From NCBI RefSeq assembly GCF_009914755.1, contig NC_060933.1: DNA of 64,000 nucleotides, one strand, 5' to 3'. Shown here piece by piece: positions 13,740 through 30,526 of this stretch. The notes below the pieces were generated by a model. It was given only the letters and a program-made list of their open reading frames with translations, was not told the origin of the DNA and searched no databases. The position numbers and the translations under genes are program-made. Position 1 is the first letter of the stretch. The number at the start of each line of letters is the position of its first letter. This stretch comes from the human T2T-CHM13v2.0 reference genome, Homo sapiens.

Positions 13740-16046
13740 GTATGACTCTAATCTGTTGGCCTCTGTTTTGCTATTTAGCAGATTTTTTTCCCCTCTTGAT
13801 TCCTTCCCATCTCTACCCTGCCCTTCTTTTCTCTAGCCCTATCTTAGGAGCTGGATGCTGTCCCTTAGGGGTGCTAGGAGGATGGCACTGAAATGGGGGT
13901 CTGATGGCTCCTTTGGGTTGGTACACTGGTTGAATTGTATAACTGGTGATATCACTGCTGTGGTTGAATAACTCATGCCAGTATTTGCCACTCTTTTAAT
14001 CTTGTTTTATCAGTTAATCACTTCATAAAGTTAAGTGAAAGCTGCTTTGTACATAATGAAATTTACATAGGTACGTTTTCTTCAGTAAACGTGTATATAA
14101 ACAGTGCTTCTTCCTTTTTCCTTATTCATCTCATCATTTCCTTTTGCATCTCTCCTAATGTCTGCAGTGTGAGGGGAGTATTTTGTAAAGGAGCAAATAC
14201 TTCTTAGTGTTGGATTCTTTTGGTTTTCTGCTATAGATTTCAGAGTAAGTTAATGACAAGCTGGAAGATTTCTGCTTTGGAGTAAATGAGAATTCTATAG
14301 GAGTTTGTTCTTATGGCCTCTGGGGGAAAAAAAAAACACTTGTCACTGGAATGAGGGCTCCCCAGTCTCTTCCAGCCTCTCACTGTTTGTCTGCCCTTGC
14401 TGGTTCATCTGAATATTCTAAGCTAAATGGAGAAGTTGTTATTCCTTAATAAACTAGCACTGGTAATGAAGTACCTTAGTGTACTTAGGCATTAAATCCT
14501 ACTTCAGTTCCTTCTCTGATCTTGATTCAGCTGCGAAGGTGATATTCTGATAAGTTCCAGGCACTCTTTCTTTAGTCCTATAGCCTGGAAAGTTTCTTAA
14601 AACGTACATTTTAATGAAACTCATTACAACATGGCATTTTAAAAGTTAAGATTTTATACTGCCATTTACCTTTCTGGTTATCATAGGAAGCGTCTCCCAC
14701 CTTGTGACTAGGAGGAAGGGTAGCATTTGTAGACTAGTTAATGTATTCCTAATTTGTTTTGACTGAAGTCTGAGCATCAATATACATAATAGCTGTTAGC
14801 AAATTATTTTATCAGTCATATTTTTCTACCACAAGCTATAATTTATTTCAGAGGAGATTTTCTTAATTCTTCCCCATAAATAAGATATGATTCAGGTTTA
14901 AATTTCATAGATATTTTTGTCCTAGACCCCTCCCCCATGAAGTTTCATTTTAGTATTTGTTCTTTATACAGAAACAGCTGGTAAAAACAAAGACAAAAAA
15001 GAACTTACAAGACAATCATGTTTTTAATCCACCCCCGTTGATGATTATACTTTCAAACCCTTTTCTGTTATTGTAAGGTTGTTCTTCTATTGTTTTTGTG
15101 AGATCTTCATTTAATTCATATTTTTCTACTGAAGAAATAAGTTCCACTAGTATATGTGAGTTAGTGGCTTTGTCCTTGCGTGTAAGAATATATCCTCTCT
15201 AGTATGATAGAGTACTGTACAGCACACTAGAAATCAGTGTTTTTATACTGACAGTAACTTAATATACTTTGGAATGCAGAGTCCTTATATCATTTGACTC
15301 CCTACAACAAATCTGCAAAGTTGGGATTATCATCCTATTTTATAGATAAGTAAATTGAGGGTTATAGAGGTTTGTGTGTCTTGCCCAAAATCTTAAATGA
15401 CACATGCAAAACCCAACTTCATACTTTCCATATTTAGCATTCTTTCCACCCCATCTTCTTATTAATTGGCTCTCTGCCACTTCACCTTTTCCATACCAAT
15501 GTTCTTCATAAGGAACATTGGTTAAATATGCATAAAATGATGGTGTGTCACTCCATCCACCTGTAGTCTGATGCTTCAGGATGTCACCCACTCCTATACA
15601 GTTTTCCTAAGTTTGTAATCTTATTCTTCATAATCAAATTACGATTCTGATGACTTCTTAATTGATACCTCTTTATGGATAATTAGTAAGGTAATCATCT
15701 GTAAAAAATCTGAACATACATCTACCATGGTTCCTACTGTATGTTGTTCAGCCTGAGATGGCAACTATAGCACTGCTGTCTTTTTCTTTATCACTGCTTT
15801 ATGTCTCACCTTTTACACTTATGAATATGTTATGTTTATCATTTCATATTGCCAATTTAAGATCTACCTCATAATTTTGAGTGGCTGCAGAATACTGTGC
15901 TTATGTTCAAAGTTTGGGTCGCTTAAGATTTTTCGCAAATACAGACAACCCTGCCATAGATATCCTTTTATACCTTTATTCGCATACTTACCTGGTTCTT
16001 TTTTTAGAAGAAATTCCTAGACATAGTATTACCAGGTCCAAAGTAT

Positions 16047-16083
<37 letters not shown>
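16047..16083. repeat. (TG)n/(CG)n microsatellite
   Basis: Seen directly. Confidence 0.9.
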
Positions 16084-17530
16084 AGTTTTTCTTTGCTTGT
16101 TTCTAATTTTGTGGAGTTTTCTTTAGTCCTTTTGGTTTTTTCCATGCTGGTAGGTATAAAATTCTGCATTGTTTTAATTAGCATTTCTTTAATTATAAAG
16201 GATGTTAAATATTTTTTACTTTTGTTGGCCATGGTATTTTTTTTTGACTGCCTGAACTCTGCCCATTTTTCTATCAGGGTTAGAATTAGTCTTGTTCTTA
16301 CATGTGTTCTAACTTGGATGTTAGTGTTTTCCTTTGTTAGGCTTCTTTATAAAGACATTAATTTTTATTTACTGTTATATTTTGCAGATGTATTTTATCA
16401 GTTTGTCCTGTGTTCTTGATTTCACTAGTTTATTTTTATACAGTCAACTTTTTCTTCTCCATCACAAAATTATTTTTTAATTTACCTTCTAGCAGTTTTA
16501 TGGTTTTATTTTTACATTTAATTCTGAAATCCAGCTGCAAATTATCTTGATATAAAGATTACGATAGAAGACAATGACTTCCTTTTTTCCCAAGTGGTAA
16601 GCAGTTGTGTAATAACTTTCTTTGAATAATCTGCCCTTTCTGGCAGCTTAATAAAGGGTGATGAAAGAAGCAAGAGACTGGGAGAATAGGGAGATTCAAG
16701 AGAAAAAGACTTTAAGATATAGAGACTTAGGTGAGAAGCCTTTAAAATTGGAGTTTGCTTTTTGGGTTATGTGCTTCCTCTGCCTTGGAAACTTTTCACT
16801 GAATTGCACAAAGAAGTGGAATATTTGTACAGATGTTTTGTTAAGGAAAGACCTAAAAATAGTGCCACTAACATGAATTAAAGGAAGAATGGAAACTGGA
16901 AGGGTTATGGTGGTAGTTGTAGTTGGGCCTGTTTTTGTCTTTGAAGACTAACACTTGATAAAAGCTCACTGGTTATGTGATTTGCCTCCGTAAAAGACAC
17001 CACAAACCTAGAAACTGCCCTACTTTTGGGAAGTTTTCCAACAAGCCTAAATATTCCAGATAAAAATAGGGGGGTCTGAATTTGGCAGGATGGAGGAGAG
17101 GAGTTCTGTCCTACCATATCCTCTTGCTGACAAAAACTGTTTCTTACCATCTTTCTTTTAGACCCAGGTTCTTCTGTGCTTTCTACCAAGAAGGTACTTT
17201 GACCTTAGAGGAAACTGATATTTTGGCTTGCCTTCTAGGATGTATTGGGTTCTTCCTTAACAAATCAGGATGCAGACTTCCAAGTGACTGGCACAATTAA
17301 GAAAAGCCAATTATTTAACTGTTCTGTGATTACTTCAAGTGTTTGACTTTTAGCTAGTTTTTGAGAAAAAAGTAGTGTTAGATTTTTACCCTAGAGTCCA
17401 AATTTACTGAAATAAAATGTCATTGAATGTTACATTTTGGCAGAAATGTTGAGGGTTTATGTATTTGGGTTTTTTTTTTAATGTCTATTTACCATGATTA
17501 CATTTTATTCTTTTCTTTAACATAACATAG

Positions 17531-17618
17531 GTTGTGACAAAGACCTTTCACGGTACAGGCCTGGTTCCTCCAGTAGATAAAAATGTTGTTGGATACAGAG
17601 AGCTCCCTGAAACAGATG
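17531..17618 (+). pseudogene. HPF1: HPF1-like exon 6 ([29 protein letters not shown])
   Basis: catag|GTTGTG ... GATG|gtaata; 88 nt; Arg239-equivalent codon AGA at 17597-17599. Confidence 0.93.
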
Positions 17619-18736
17619 GTAATATATTTCACATGTAAACACATGCATATATGTTAATGCATATGTAGGAAAGTTTTGCTTATATTGGGAAGTAGGTATT
17701 TCCATATAACTTTTGTGAGACAGTTGCTAGACCTTGGTAATAAAGAGTAAGCTTTGGTTTTAGGGTCAGTCCTTCCTGAATTAAAACTGAGTTCATAGCT
17801 GTGTGGCCTTGAACAAATTATTTAACCCCACGAAACCTTGTCTTTTTCATCTGTAAAATGAAGTTAATGATAATCACTTCATAGGGGAATTTGGGGTATA
17901 AACAAGTATTAAGATACTTAGCAAAATGCTTGCCTCAGTGCTCAAAATTTGGTAGTTATTTTTAAGAATTTAAAGAATTTTAACCTATTGCCTACTTTTT
18001 TGGAACTACTTCCAAACCTTTGACATTACAGTCAGCTTGCAAAACAGTAATTTTTGAAATAGTGTTTTTATGGTTCTTTGTGAACATTTTTTCATCTGCA
18101 TGTAAAATGATTTAGCCTTCAGAAGCCCAAGATCCTGAACTACTTCATATATAAGTATAAAAACGCTTTCAAAATGGACCACTGCACATAATCTAGTTAT
18201 TGCCATCTTGAACATCGAGAATTAAAATCGCTTCTCAACTCTTTTCCCCTCATCTCCATTCCCTTATTGTGAACAGCCCTGTTGGTATTCCTTTATTGAT
18301 CATCCTGTTCTGGGGGGGTAAAACTTAAAGGGAAATCAAACTTAGCAACTTCTCAAGGAACCACGTATTCCTGCCCAACACACGTGTTTGGCCACCTATT
18401 TTTCAGAACAGAACTAACTAGCCTTGGTAGTTACCAGTCTCTGGGGTTGTGACCTGGACACCTGCATTTAAACCAGTTCTCTAATGCAGTTCTTCTCAAA
18501 TTTTACTGTGCAGAGTCTCCAGCCAGTAGAGAGAGGTCTTAGATGGCAGCTATTCATATGGACTTGTTTTTGCTGTACCCCTGCCACTTAGAGCAGTGCC
18601 ATAGGGAAGATGAATGTGGCTAAGCTGTCCAGTGTGATGGCCACTGAGTACCTCACATGTGGCTGCTGCAACTAAGGAACAGAATTTGTAACTTGTATTA
18701 TTTATTTATTTTGTACTCTGTGTGTGTGTGTATGAG

Positions 18737-19013
<277 letters not shown>

Positions 19014-19889
19014 TAGTTTAAGTATGTAAATTAAAACAGGATTAAATGTTTCTTGTATTGATTATATGTTGACATAATACTATTTTGGGAATATGGGTTA
19101 AATACAATACCTTAATTTCACCTGTTTTTTTTTTTTTTTAGCTCCTCCTCCCTGCCCCAGCTGTTTCTTTTTTCATGTGGATACTGGAAAAAATGTAGCC
19201 TGTATTATATTACACTTGGACAGGCTGATCTGTCCTATATCTCCTCTTTGAAGCCAGAGGCAATTAGTCTCTGATGGGACCAGTGTGGGCTCTAGCTACT
19301 GGTCAGTCTTCTGCTTCTACTCTAAGTCATCTTCTTTTCATGTCTCTGCTCACAGAGAGAACTTTAAAAAGCATGATTATTGTGTCATTTGGGAAAGGTT
19401 GGGCACATTTGTTGTAGAGATGGGCAGTCTCTAAAACTTTTGGGGTGATGGATGTTAAATTGTAGTGCCCTGGAGTAAAGCCTGTTACCCTACTGTAGTT
19501 GTGTTTCTGGGGTTTTATGTCCAAGTCTAATATTCTAGGAATTAGATCCTTCTGTATTTAGTTTTGAAGTGGTAGCAAAATGTAAGAATGAAGGACCTAA
19601 TCTTGTTCTTGACTAGTGTCGTTTCCCAGGAGGTACAATTGACTGGCAGTTTGTTAATGTGACAGTGATTAGTAAATCACAACTAAGTTTGTTCTTAACC
19701 CTTTGAAGCTTCTTACAATAACACTGTAACTTAGCAAATAAGATACCTTTTATTGAGCAATTCTTAAATGTCAGTGTCATGATTCACTATAACAAGTGAT
19801 GTACACATATTTAATTCTCACCCAACTCTTTAAAGTAGGTCTTATTCCCATGTTCACAAAGGAAATAGACCCAGCGTGCTCAGCATTAG

Positions 19890-20196
<307 letters not shown>

Positions 20197-21186
20197 GAGG
20201 GCACTGGTTTTCATACTTGGTTTTCTGACTGTAGAGTGCATACTACTATCTGAAGTAAGAAGAGTTGCCTGCCTAGTTGCCTGATTTTTACCTTGACACA
20301 ACCACTGTAGCTTAATTTAAGTATTCTAGTTGATAGTAGTGGCAGGGATATAGTAAGAATTCAGCAGTGAAACTCCTAACTCATTAATTGAGTATCTCGA
20401 GTAGAAACATTTAAGGCTTCATTTTTGAATAGTTAATTTAAGGCTTCACTTATGTTCTTTAAGTTTGGGCTTCGGTTAATTGAAATTTCTATAGAATATT
20501 TTATGGCTGGAAGAACATATTTTTCCTTGTACTGATGGTGAGCTGAATATTTTCATCTCTGTTCTTCAGTGTTTTTCTAGCTTAGTAATTCACATAAGTT
20601 GCTTATTCTTTTTAGTCCACATGTGACTTGGCATGTGTAAAAATGGAAACTGTGATACTGGAAAGTGATAAACTTTAAATTATTTGCTAACAGAAGACAA
20701 ATAGGTCTTCACTTCCATACCCACCCTGATTTGTAGTGGCTGCCTGGGGCACTGTGAGAGAGATTCTAAGGGTCCCAATCAATCAGTTACACCCATGGGT
20801 GCAGGGAGGAACCACTTATTTTCCATCCTTAAGGAGCTTTTTGGAGAAAGCCTCATCTGTTTCCTTGAAATGATCAGCACTGACTTTTCTGAAGAAAGGA
20901 AGGTCATGAAGCTTATGTAAAACAATTTAATTTTTAAAAGGTTTCAAACCAACAAAAAACGTCACTACTGTTTAGAGATAGTTAGAAACATAGGTGGTGA
21001 AGTTTGCCATTCGTTCAACATGATACTGATCTACCAAAAGTGGGAAAGGGAAGAAAACACATTTTGTGACTCGGGTAACAGCATGTATTCTGTACTGTCA
21101 TCAAGATTGAATCAAATGATATTCATAGACTGGGGTTAAAAGCCCTACTATATAGTATATTTTTATAATACCATCCTTGGTAATCA

Positions 21187-21474
21187 TTTTTTTTTTTTTT
21201 TTGAGACAGGATCTTACTCTGTCACCCAGGCTGGAGTGCAAAGGCATGATCACGGCTCACTGCAGCCTGGACCTCCAGCACTCAGCCTCCCAAGTAGCTG
21301 AGACCACAGGTGCCCACCACCATGTCCAGCTAATTTCTCTATTTTTTGTAGAGACAGGGTCTCGCCACGTTGCCCAGGCTGGTCTCAAATTCCTGGGTTC
21401 AAGCGATCCTCCCACCTCAGCCTCCCAAATCCTCCCATGTTAGGATTACTGGCATAAGCCACTGCACACAGCCC
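21187..21474 (-). mobile_element. AluJ
   Basis: TSD CCATCCTTGGTA on both sides. Confidence 0.9.
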
Positions 21475-22089
21475 ATCCTTGGTATTATTATACCTTATAT
21501 TTTTTGTTAGTATCATCAGAACATTGTACCTCATACATATAATTTAAAATCACGTATCATTCTTGAGTATAATTGTTAATGTTTTAACCAGTCTTCCTCT
21601 CCCCCAGTATAGCAGCCAGCTGTTTGGAAGTGTTTTGTTGGTTTGTTTGAATAATATCCATTCTTTTCATTATTATTCTCAAAGAAGTACAGTTTGTCAA
21701 AAAGGACATGTAATTTGTCAAAAGGAAGTCTAATTAGACATTGTTGATACTTCCATCTCATTTGCCTCCTGAAATCTGATGCACATTAACATCCAGAAAG
21801 AATGAAAAAAATCTTAAAAGCCAAAATTGAAATTTAACTTTTAAAAATATATTCTTCAGGCAAATATTAGACATTGTCTCTCTATTCTTACCTCAAACAC
21901 ATGCTTGCCATGGCTACTCTTCTCCCACTTTGGTGAAGGTTTTAAAGGTTTAATTCTGCAGTGATTTCTTGTCTCTTACATTGTTGTCTTTTTCTGTTTT
22001 AATTCACCACAAGTCAGTAATTTTCTAACAAATAAGGTAGGACAGGGCAAAAAGAACAAATTTTGCCTACTTGGATCTTTTTTTAACCC

Positions 22090-22367
22090 AGCTGTCTCTT
22101 AGTATCAGGACCTTGAAGGATACCCAGAATCTGATGCTCGAGTCCCTTATGTAAGTTGGTGTAGTATTTGCATAACTTATGCACATCCTCCTGTATATTT
22201 CAAATCATTTCTAGATTACTTAGAATACCTAATATAACATAGACACTGTGTAAATAGTTGTTATACTGTATTTTTTAAATCTGTATTTTTTAATTTTTTT
22301 CCTGAGTATTTCAATCTGCAGTTGGTTTAACCTAAGGATGTAGAACTCTCAGATTCAGAGGCAACTA
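22090..22367 (+). mobile_element. MER2 (Tigger-derived)
   Basis: GATGCTCGAGTCCCTTAT...GTAGTATTTGCATA...CTAGATTACTTA..ATACCTAATA. Confidence 0.7.
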
Positions 22368-22639
22368 TATAGTGCATGGACCAGGCTGGCAAACTTTCTA
22401 TGTAGGGCCAGATAGTAAATGTTTTACACTTTGTGGGCTACATAATCTATCACATTCTTGTTTTATTTTTCAACCATTTAAAAATGAAAAAATATTTACT
22501 TTGAGGGTAGTTAAAAATGGGGTGAGCCAGGTTTGGCCCAAGTTTGCCAATTCCTGGACCTGTCTGCTGAATCTTTAAAGCTTATGTAAAATCATGATTG
22601 CCACCATGGAATAGACTTTCAAAAAAAATCATGACTGTA

Positions 22640-22954
<315 letters not shown>

Positions 22955-23208
22955 TTAAAAAAGACTAAATCCTGTGAAATAGTCGCTAAGAAATCTTTAA
23001 GCCATTTTTAAGCTTGAATCCTATGTAGAAAAATTACCAAATTGCCATTCTAAATTACAGTGCTGCAGATTACTACCCAAGGTGGCACAAGTTGTACTAG
23101 TACAAAAAGTCTTAGGAGGAAAAACCCTGTTTGTAGTTTCTTTACCTCTGAAGACTGATTCATTTTCTAACTGTGTAGATAATCTTCTATATTATTGATT
23201 TCTTTCAG

Positions 23209-23381
23209 CTGACCTCAAGAGAATTTGCAAGACAATAGTTGAGGCTGCAAGTGATGATGAGAGACGAAAAGCTTTTGCTCCCATTCAGGAAATGATGACT
23301 TTTGTGCAGTTTGCTAATGATGAATGTGATTATGGTATGGGGCTTGAGTTGGGAATGGACCTCTTTTGCTATGGCTCACAT
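23209..23381 (+). pseudogene. HPF1: HPF1-like exon 7 (ADLKRICKT...[24 protein letters not shown])
   Basis: tttcag|CTGACC ... CACAT|gtgagt; 173 nt; Glu284-equivalent codon GAA at 23322-23324. Confidence 0.94.
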
Positions 23382-24182
23382 GTGAGTAAAAAAAAAAAAA
23401 ACCTCCACTTGCCACCCCCCACCACACCTCCCTCCTCTCCCCCTGACACATACACACATGAATACATGCACATTTATACCCCCAAATTCCAGCAGAGGTA
23501 AGATAGGGATTCAGCTTGTATTTCAAAATGAACTTTTTGAAGTGATTTTTTTTTAAAAGCAGATGTCCTAAAAACCTGTGAAATTCATCTTACATTCTAG
23601 CAAAGGTGAATAGCCAAGATTATTTGCATTCAGGCTTATATTAAAGTGAATTTATGTATTAGACACATTATAGGGATATGCCTTCTTGCTGTGTGTATAC
23701 ATTTGGGGCTAAGTATGGGGGTGTGTGCATATACCTTAGGCTCCATTTCATTTCGACTGTGGTGGGGGTATTTGTTATTGTGCTTGAATTCTTAGATGAA
23801 AAATATACTTTAAATTATTTAACCTTTATAAGAGATGCTGTTTTACCATTAACTAATTGCTCATTAAATAAGAAAATTTTACTTAATAGCTAAACCAGTG
23901 CTTACTCAACCATAGCTGGCTGAAGGTCAAAGAGACTATAAGGTGTAGCCGGCATGACATGCTTATGGGGCTAAACTGGTTGTAAATCACATCTTCTCTA
24001 GTGTGTAGGATTGGGCAAGCTTTCCAACACCTTTGTTTCTGTTTCTTTACCTGTACAAGTGTATACCCATCCACAGATCATTTAATTCTCATTTAACCTA
24101 CTCTGTAACCAAGTCACAGAGAGGCAAACCATCTTGCCCAGGTTCACACAAGTAGTCTGGTTCCAGAGTCAGTGCCTAAATC

Positions 24183-24532
24183 AGTGCAGTAATTCCCAAA
24201 CTGTAAAATGCATGTGACTCACCTGCAGACATTGTTAAAGTGCACTCTATCGGTAGGTCCGGAATGCGATCTGAGACTGCATACCTGTCATGCTCCCAGG
24301 TGACGGTAATGCTGCTGCTCTACAGACGACACTGGGAGGAGCAAGACTAAACCAGTAGCTCTCCAGCTTTATCATGATCAGAGTCATCAGGAGGCCTTGT
24401 CCAAACATACACTGGCGCTCTCCCCACCCTCCCCAAGTTTGACTGAGTTACAGGGTGGGTCCTGAGAATTTGCATTTCCAACAAGTGAAGTTGATGCTCC
24501 TGCTCAGGGGTGTACATTTTGAGAACCCTGCT
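24183..24532. mobile_element. Two adjacent MER5-type elements
   Basis: CTGAGA.TTGCAT.T..CAAG....GGTGA.G..ATGCTGCTG...TTTGAGAACC motifs occur twice. Confidence 0.55.
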
Positions 24533-25340
24533 ATAAACAATATTATACTACTTTTCTTTGCCCACCTCATAGATAGTTATCAGTAAAAATATTCAAAATG
24601 TTTAACAGCCACAATGACAGTCATTAACCAATCCGAGTAGTGCTTGACCTGCTAGAGAGGCCCTAGCCATAAATAAGTAGAGCCATAAGATGTGAACCAG
24701 TGAGTAGCAAACTTGATTGTTGTGAGAATGAAATAACATGTAAGAGTTATAAAAAGGTTTAGCACAGTACTTAACCACATGTTAAGGGCTAAATGTTTAT
24801 TATGATCAACAAAAAGGTGGTATATGTAGATAATAGCAGTAATCTAAAATCTTTTGATAAACCTAAGGCAGTGACTCTTAACAGGGATTGGGAGGCCGTA
24901 CCTGTTGGGGATGGGGGAGAGAAGGAATTTGAGGATAAAGGGAATATGGCCTGAAAACCCACTTTCGGCATAGCTATTCTTACCTAATCAATGAAGGAAA
25001 ATAAAACTTTTGACTGGGAATACACTGGAGAGAATAAAAAGCATTATGGGCATAGTTTGGGGTGAGAAAAAGTTGATTAAACTTAGGGGAATAAGGAAAC
25101 TCAAATTTAACTTGATTTTCTTTATTTTCAAGGAATGCCTTTAGTCTTTTAGAGCAACAAGATTGCCTCTTTGAATGCCAGGTGCCTGTCCCTAAATTGT
25201 GTTCCCTAATCACTTGAGGGTATAGCTAAAATGATTTTGGAAGTAGCCTTTGTTAAACAAGTGCTTTGTTTATATATTTTTTGCTACTTATTAGGATATC
25301 TGCTATGTTATCTGCTTAATGTTATATTTTTATTTTTCAG

Positions 25341-25472
25341 TATTTTCATAAAGTTGCTGGCCAGCTTTTACCTCTTGCATATAATCTGTTGAAGAGGAAT
25401 CTGTTTGCAGAAATTATGAAGGATCATCTGGCAAACAGAAGAAAAGAGAACATAGACCAATTTGCTGCATGA
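25341..25472 (+). pseudogene. HPF1: HPF1-like exon 8, coding part ([10 protein letters not shown]...DQFAA*)
   Basis: tttcag|TATTTT; TGA at 25470-25472. Confidence 0.93.
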
Positions 25473-25557
25473 GTAAGGTGGTTTGTTTGGTGTATAATAT
25501 TTCAAAGGACTAGTATTAAACTTGTAATTTTTGTTTTGTTTTTAAGGAATACAAAAA

Positions 25558-25563
25558 AATAAA
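25558..25563 (+). terminator. Candidate polyadenylation signal of the HPF1 copy
   Basis: AATAAA about 85 nt after the stop codon; ATTAAA also at 25515-25520. Confidence 0.6.
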
Positions 25564-26224
25564 CATTTACTAAAAACGTTTATAAGGTTCTTCTGCCTGG
25601 TTTTCCTTCTTTAATGTGCAAGCAATTGGCAGTCAAATCATCTGAATGGTAACCCTAATCACATTTTGGAAGACAACTAAAGTCACCCTCTGATATGTCA
25701 CAGGAAGCCACTGTGTAATTCCTGTGGCTAACTAGACCATCCTTACAGAGTCCTGTTTCGATATTTATCATATGGGCAACTAAGAATATTTCTTCTGAGT
25801 CTTGAGTTAATAGCTATAGCTTTAAGGATTGGGTTTATGGTGGGTGAGGGGGGGAACAGAAGGAAACTCATGACAATGATATCAGCACTCTTCCAGGGTG
25901 CCTGACCCCAACCTACCCAAACTGCATTTTGGGTAGTATCTCCAGGTGACTCCCAGCAAGTAGTCCAGTTATCCCATTAGGTATATTATTTTAAATCTTC
26001 TCTTGACTCTGTCATTTACTAATGTAGCCTAGTATATTGATACATAGTATATAGTATTAGTGTAAGATAACAATCAGTATGCCATTAATTTAGATTTTAA
26101 AGTTTTTCATTGCAAATGATTTCACTGGATTTTTAGTATGAATCTGTGGATAGCTGTGTTTTACTAGATCCAGATTTTCCTTAAACCTGATGATATGCCC
26201 TTCACCTTAAAAGTAGAGGGCAGG

Positions 26225-26668
<444 letters not shown>

Positions 26669-28427
26669 TCAAATAACTTCTTGACTAGCCAGTAGTCCTC
26701 CAACTTACTGTCAGCTGTCTCCTTAAAATATATTTGAGGTACTTACTCTTTTTTATATAAGGGTATGAGTAGACAATTAAAAAACAACACTTAGAATTTT
26801 AAATATAAGTAGCATTCCTCATCTCCCCAAGTAGGCTGCAAGCTTCTTAAGGGCATATATTTTATGGATATAGATCCCCTTCAGTAACACAAACCTTTGG
26901 AATTGTACTTATTGAATAAAATGACCCTGTCAACATGTTTCTAAGTGCCAGACAGAATCAAACCGGCATGATATGGGAAACTGATAAGATACCTGGGAGT
27001 TAAGGATTCTTGACTTCTCAGACAAAAAGTCTTCTAGGGTCAAAAATCTCTGCCACAACCGAAGTCTGCTCCCTTTCTGCCAATGGCTCATGCTGCCTTT
27101 GGAGGCAGGTAAGATGCTTTCTTCAAAGTAGGCATATTTTGTATAATAACCGAAATGAAACTGAAAAGATCTTCAGCTTCCCTTTCATAACTATACAGGA
27201 ACTTTTACAGCTCTAATGGGGAGGTCTCAGGTTTTAAGGAACTGCCATTTTAGTTAGGTAAGTAGCTCCAGGCCCTGGAACCATCTGAACTATTAACTTG
27301 TTTTATATTAAAACATTACAGTAACTATTAGCTCACACATATTTTATTAGAAAAGGTGACCAAATCACATTGGTCTTAAATAATTTTAGACCATATATTT
27401 TAAATAAAATTTTAGAAGTTCAAGCTTTGTTCCTCAGATTTCTTTAGTGTCTAAGGTGGTCACCTATTTCTAAATACTGCCCCTAATATTAACACATTTA
27501 AAAAATACCCAAATTCATGTATCTCCCACTAAAGATGTGTTTAGCTAGAAATATTAGATTCTTTTAATTTTGCCACTTGGTGATCCAGAAGTCTCAACTG
27601 TGTAGTTTGTAGGATTTTTTTTACATGCCTTATGATCAGTAATATGGATTCCAGAAGGATTTCTTATCAAGGAACAAATGAAAGGGGACAAAAAATGTGA
27701 ATCGGCTTTTCATCCATTCCTTACAGAAACCTAACATTAATGTGTATCTTCAGGAAGCTGGGCATATCAGAGCCAAGATAGAAACTGGACACAAACCCTA
27801 AGAATATGGTGATTATAATTTGGATAATACAGTTGTGAATGGAGTTTCCTGAAGACAGTAAAAAGCAATGTGGATTTCCAGTCTCAAACTCCAACCAGTT
27901 GGGTCAGAGGGCCATTAATCTGTTTCAGGAGGTACTGATCTTCCAACTACTGAACTTTTTTTTATTAAAGAGCAGGCTCCCTAGAGGAAGATACTAAGCC
28001 TTCCTTATCTTGTTCCTTCACTAAAGGCATAGTCCATTTAAACCTAGTTAACTAAATATTACCTACCTAGGATCTGGTCACTCAATGGCTATAGTAGCTT
28101 CCAAATGGTGTCTATATACCTCCATTCTCTGAGAACACAGTTTAAGTGCCTAGGCTCTTTCATGAATGAAGAACCTTGATCCAATCAGGATTTAACAGAA
28201 AATCATTACCCAGTTCAAATTTAGCGAAGCTCACCTCTCGGAGTTCAGTAATGGAGTTTCCATATAATCTCTCAAACATGTATGTAGAATAACACCCAAG
28301 GAAAAATGAAAGCTACAAAACAGATTGCTGTAAACTACTCGGCAGTGTCCTAAGACCTTTGCATTACCTCAAACACTGACCTTACCAGCTTAATGTTGTT
28401 CTGTCCAAACTATTCCTATCATAACTA

Positions 28428-28727
<300 letters not shown>

Positions 28728-29879
28728 TATATATATATATATGTAGGTGATCCCTACAATACTAGCCTCTCAGTTCCTTGACTTACTCTTTCAATGATCT
28801 AGATTAGGGGTTGATTGACAAACTAGAAACTAGTACCTTCTCAGTACCAATAATGAAAACCTCCCAAATCTCAATTTCAAACATCCTACTGTCTTAATAT
28901 CATCACTCATCCTTCCATCTCTTTCCCACTAGTACCCCAACACGTTTTCAACACAACAGTCCCCTACAATTCACAAATGTAACCACCTTTTTCATTCTTC
29001 ACCCACTCCATTCCTGATCCCCTCTTTACCCAGCCTTTAGATTCTATTCCAGATCATTACAATCCCTCCTTACATTCTCCGCTCCACTGCCTTTCTCTCC
29101 ATTTGTTCTATTTATCTGTTAACTTTAAGCCAAATTTTTAAAACTGCCTATTCCTTACCTGAGTCTGCTCAGTATCAGGTAGCTGGAGAAAAAATGTAAC
29201 CAAAGCAGCTCATCTTATTTTAACCTCAAGTTGGCCATGCTGGATGCCCATCGATCCTACTGTCTCATCTCTCAACCCCCAACCCCCACCCCCATCCTCA
29301 GTTTATTTCACTGAGAAAATAGAAGCAACCAAAATAACTTCAACAGAATCCCACTGCCTTACCAACTACCCTTTATTCTCTGCCTTTCCTACCCATTATA
29401 CTCTGTCTTTCCTCCTTTCTATGAGGGTCGAAAGTGTGTCCAAGACCCCATCCTCCTTTCCCTACTCAAGGAACGCTCTTCTATTTTTCCTCTCAAACAT
29501 TTCTATCATTAACAAAAAAACTGTAATTTCCTGCATCTTAAAATCCGATCAATCTCAGATTAATTTTCCTTGACAAATGATCAACAGCAAAAAAAAGCTA
29601 TAATATCCTGCCTCCTAAAACTATCATGCATTACTTTTCTGAAAACCTCATAGGAAGAACTGCAATAGTTGTCTTAAATTCTTCTTCCAATCTCTGTCGG
29701 ACCCACTCCTTTCAGGATATGGCTTGCCACCATCGTGCTGAACGTGCTCTGGGGGAAGTTATCAATTATCTCCACATTGGTCCATTTTGAGCCCTCATTT
29801 ACTTCACCTATCAGCAACACATGACAGTTAATCATTGCTCCTTGAAACTATTACTCATTTGGTTTAGGGGACTACCCTT

Positions 29880-30172
29880 CTTTTTTGAGACAGGGTCTTG
29901 CTCTGTCACCCAGGCTGGAGTGCAATAGCGCCATCATAGCTCACTGCAGCCTCCAACTCCTAGGCTCAAGCAATCCTCCTGTCTCAGTCTCCTAAGTAGC
30001 CAGGACTACAGCCACTTGCTACCATGCCCAGCTCATATTTTTATTTTTTAATTTTCTGTAGAGACCCGGCCTATGTTTCCCAGGCTAGTCATTAACTCCT
30101 GGACTCAAATGATCCTGCCCCACTTAGCCTCCCGAACTGCTAGATTTATAGGCCTGAGCCACCACACCCAAA
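29880..30172 (-). mobile_element. AluJ
   Basis: Reverse-strand diverged Alu. Confidence 0.87.
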
Positions 30173-30526
30173 TTATTTTTTAATAAATCCACCAGTGGAA
30201 TACCCTTCTTTGAATGTCACTACTCCCAACCCAACCTCACTGGCAGCTCCCTCATTTGCTGGCTCCGCACCTCCCCAAATCTAAACATAAGCATACATCA
30301 GTGCTCGGTCCTTGTAACCCTTCTCTGTCTGCACTCAATCCATGGTACTCTCCTGTGTCAAGATGATGCTGCCCCTGTGTAGCTCTCAGGCTGGGCCTTT
30401 CTCCTGAATTCGAGTCTGATACATGCTAATGCCTATGTGACACCCCCACTTGGAAGTCTAAAAGACATTTAAAACCATGTCTAAAACCAAAATTCCTCTA
30501 CACACAACATCCCACCCTCAAGTCTA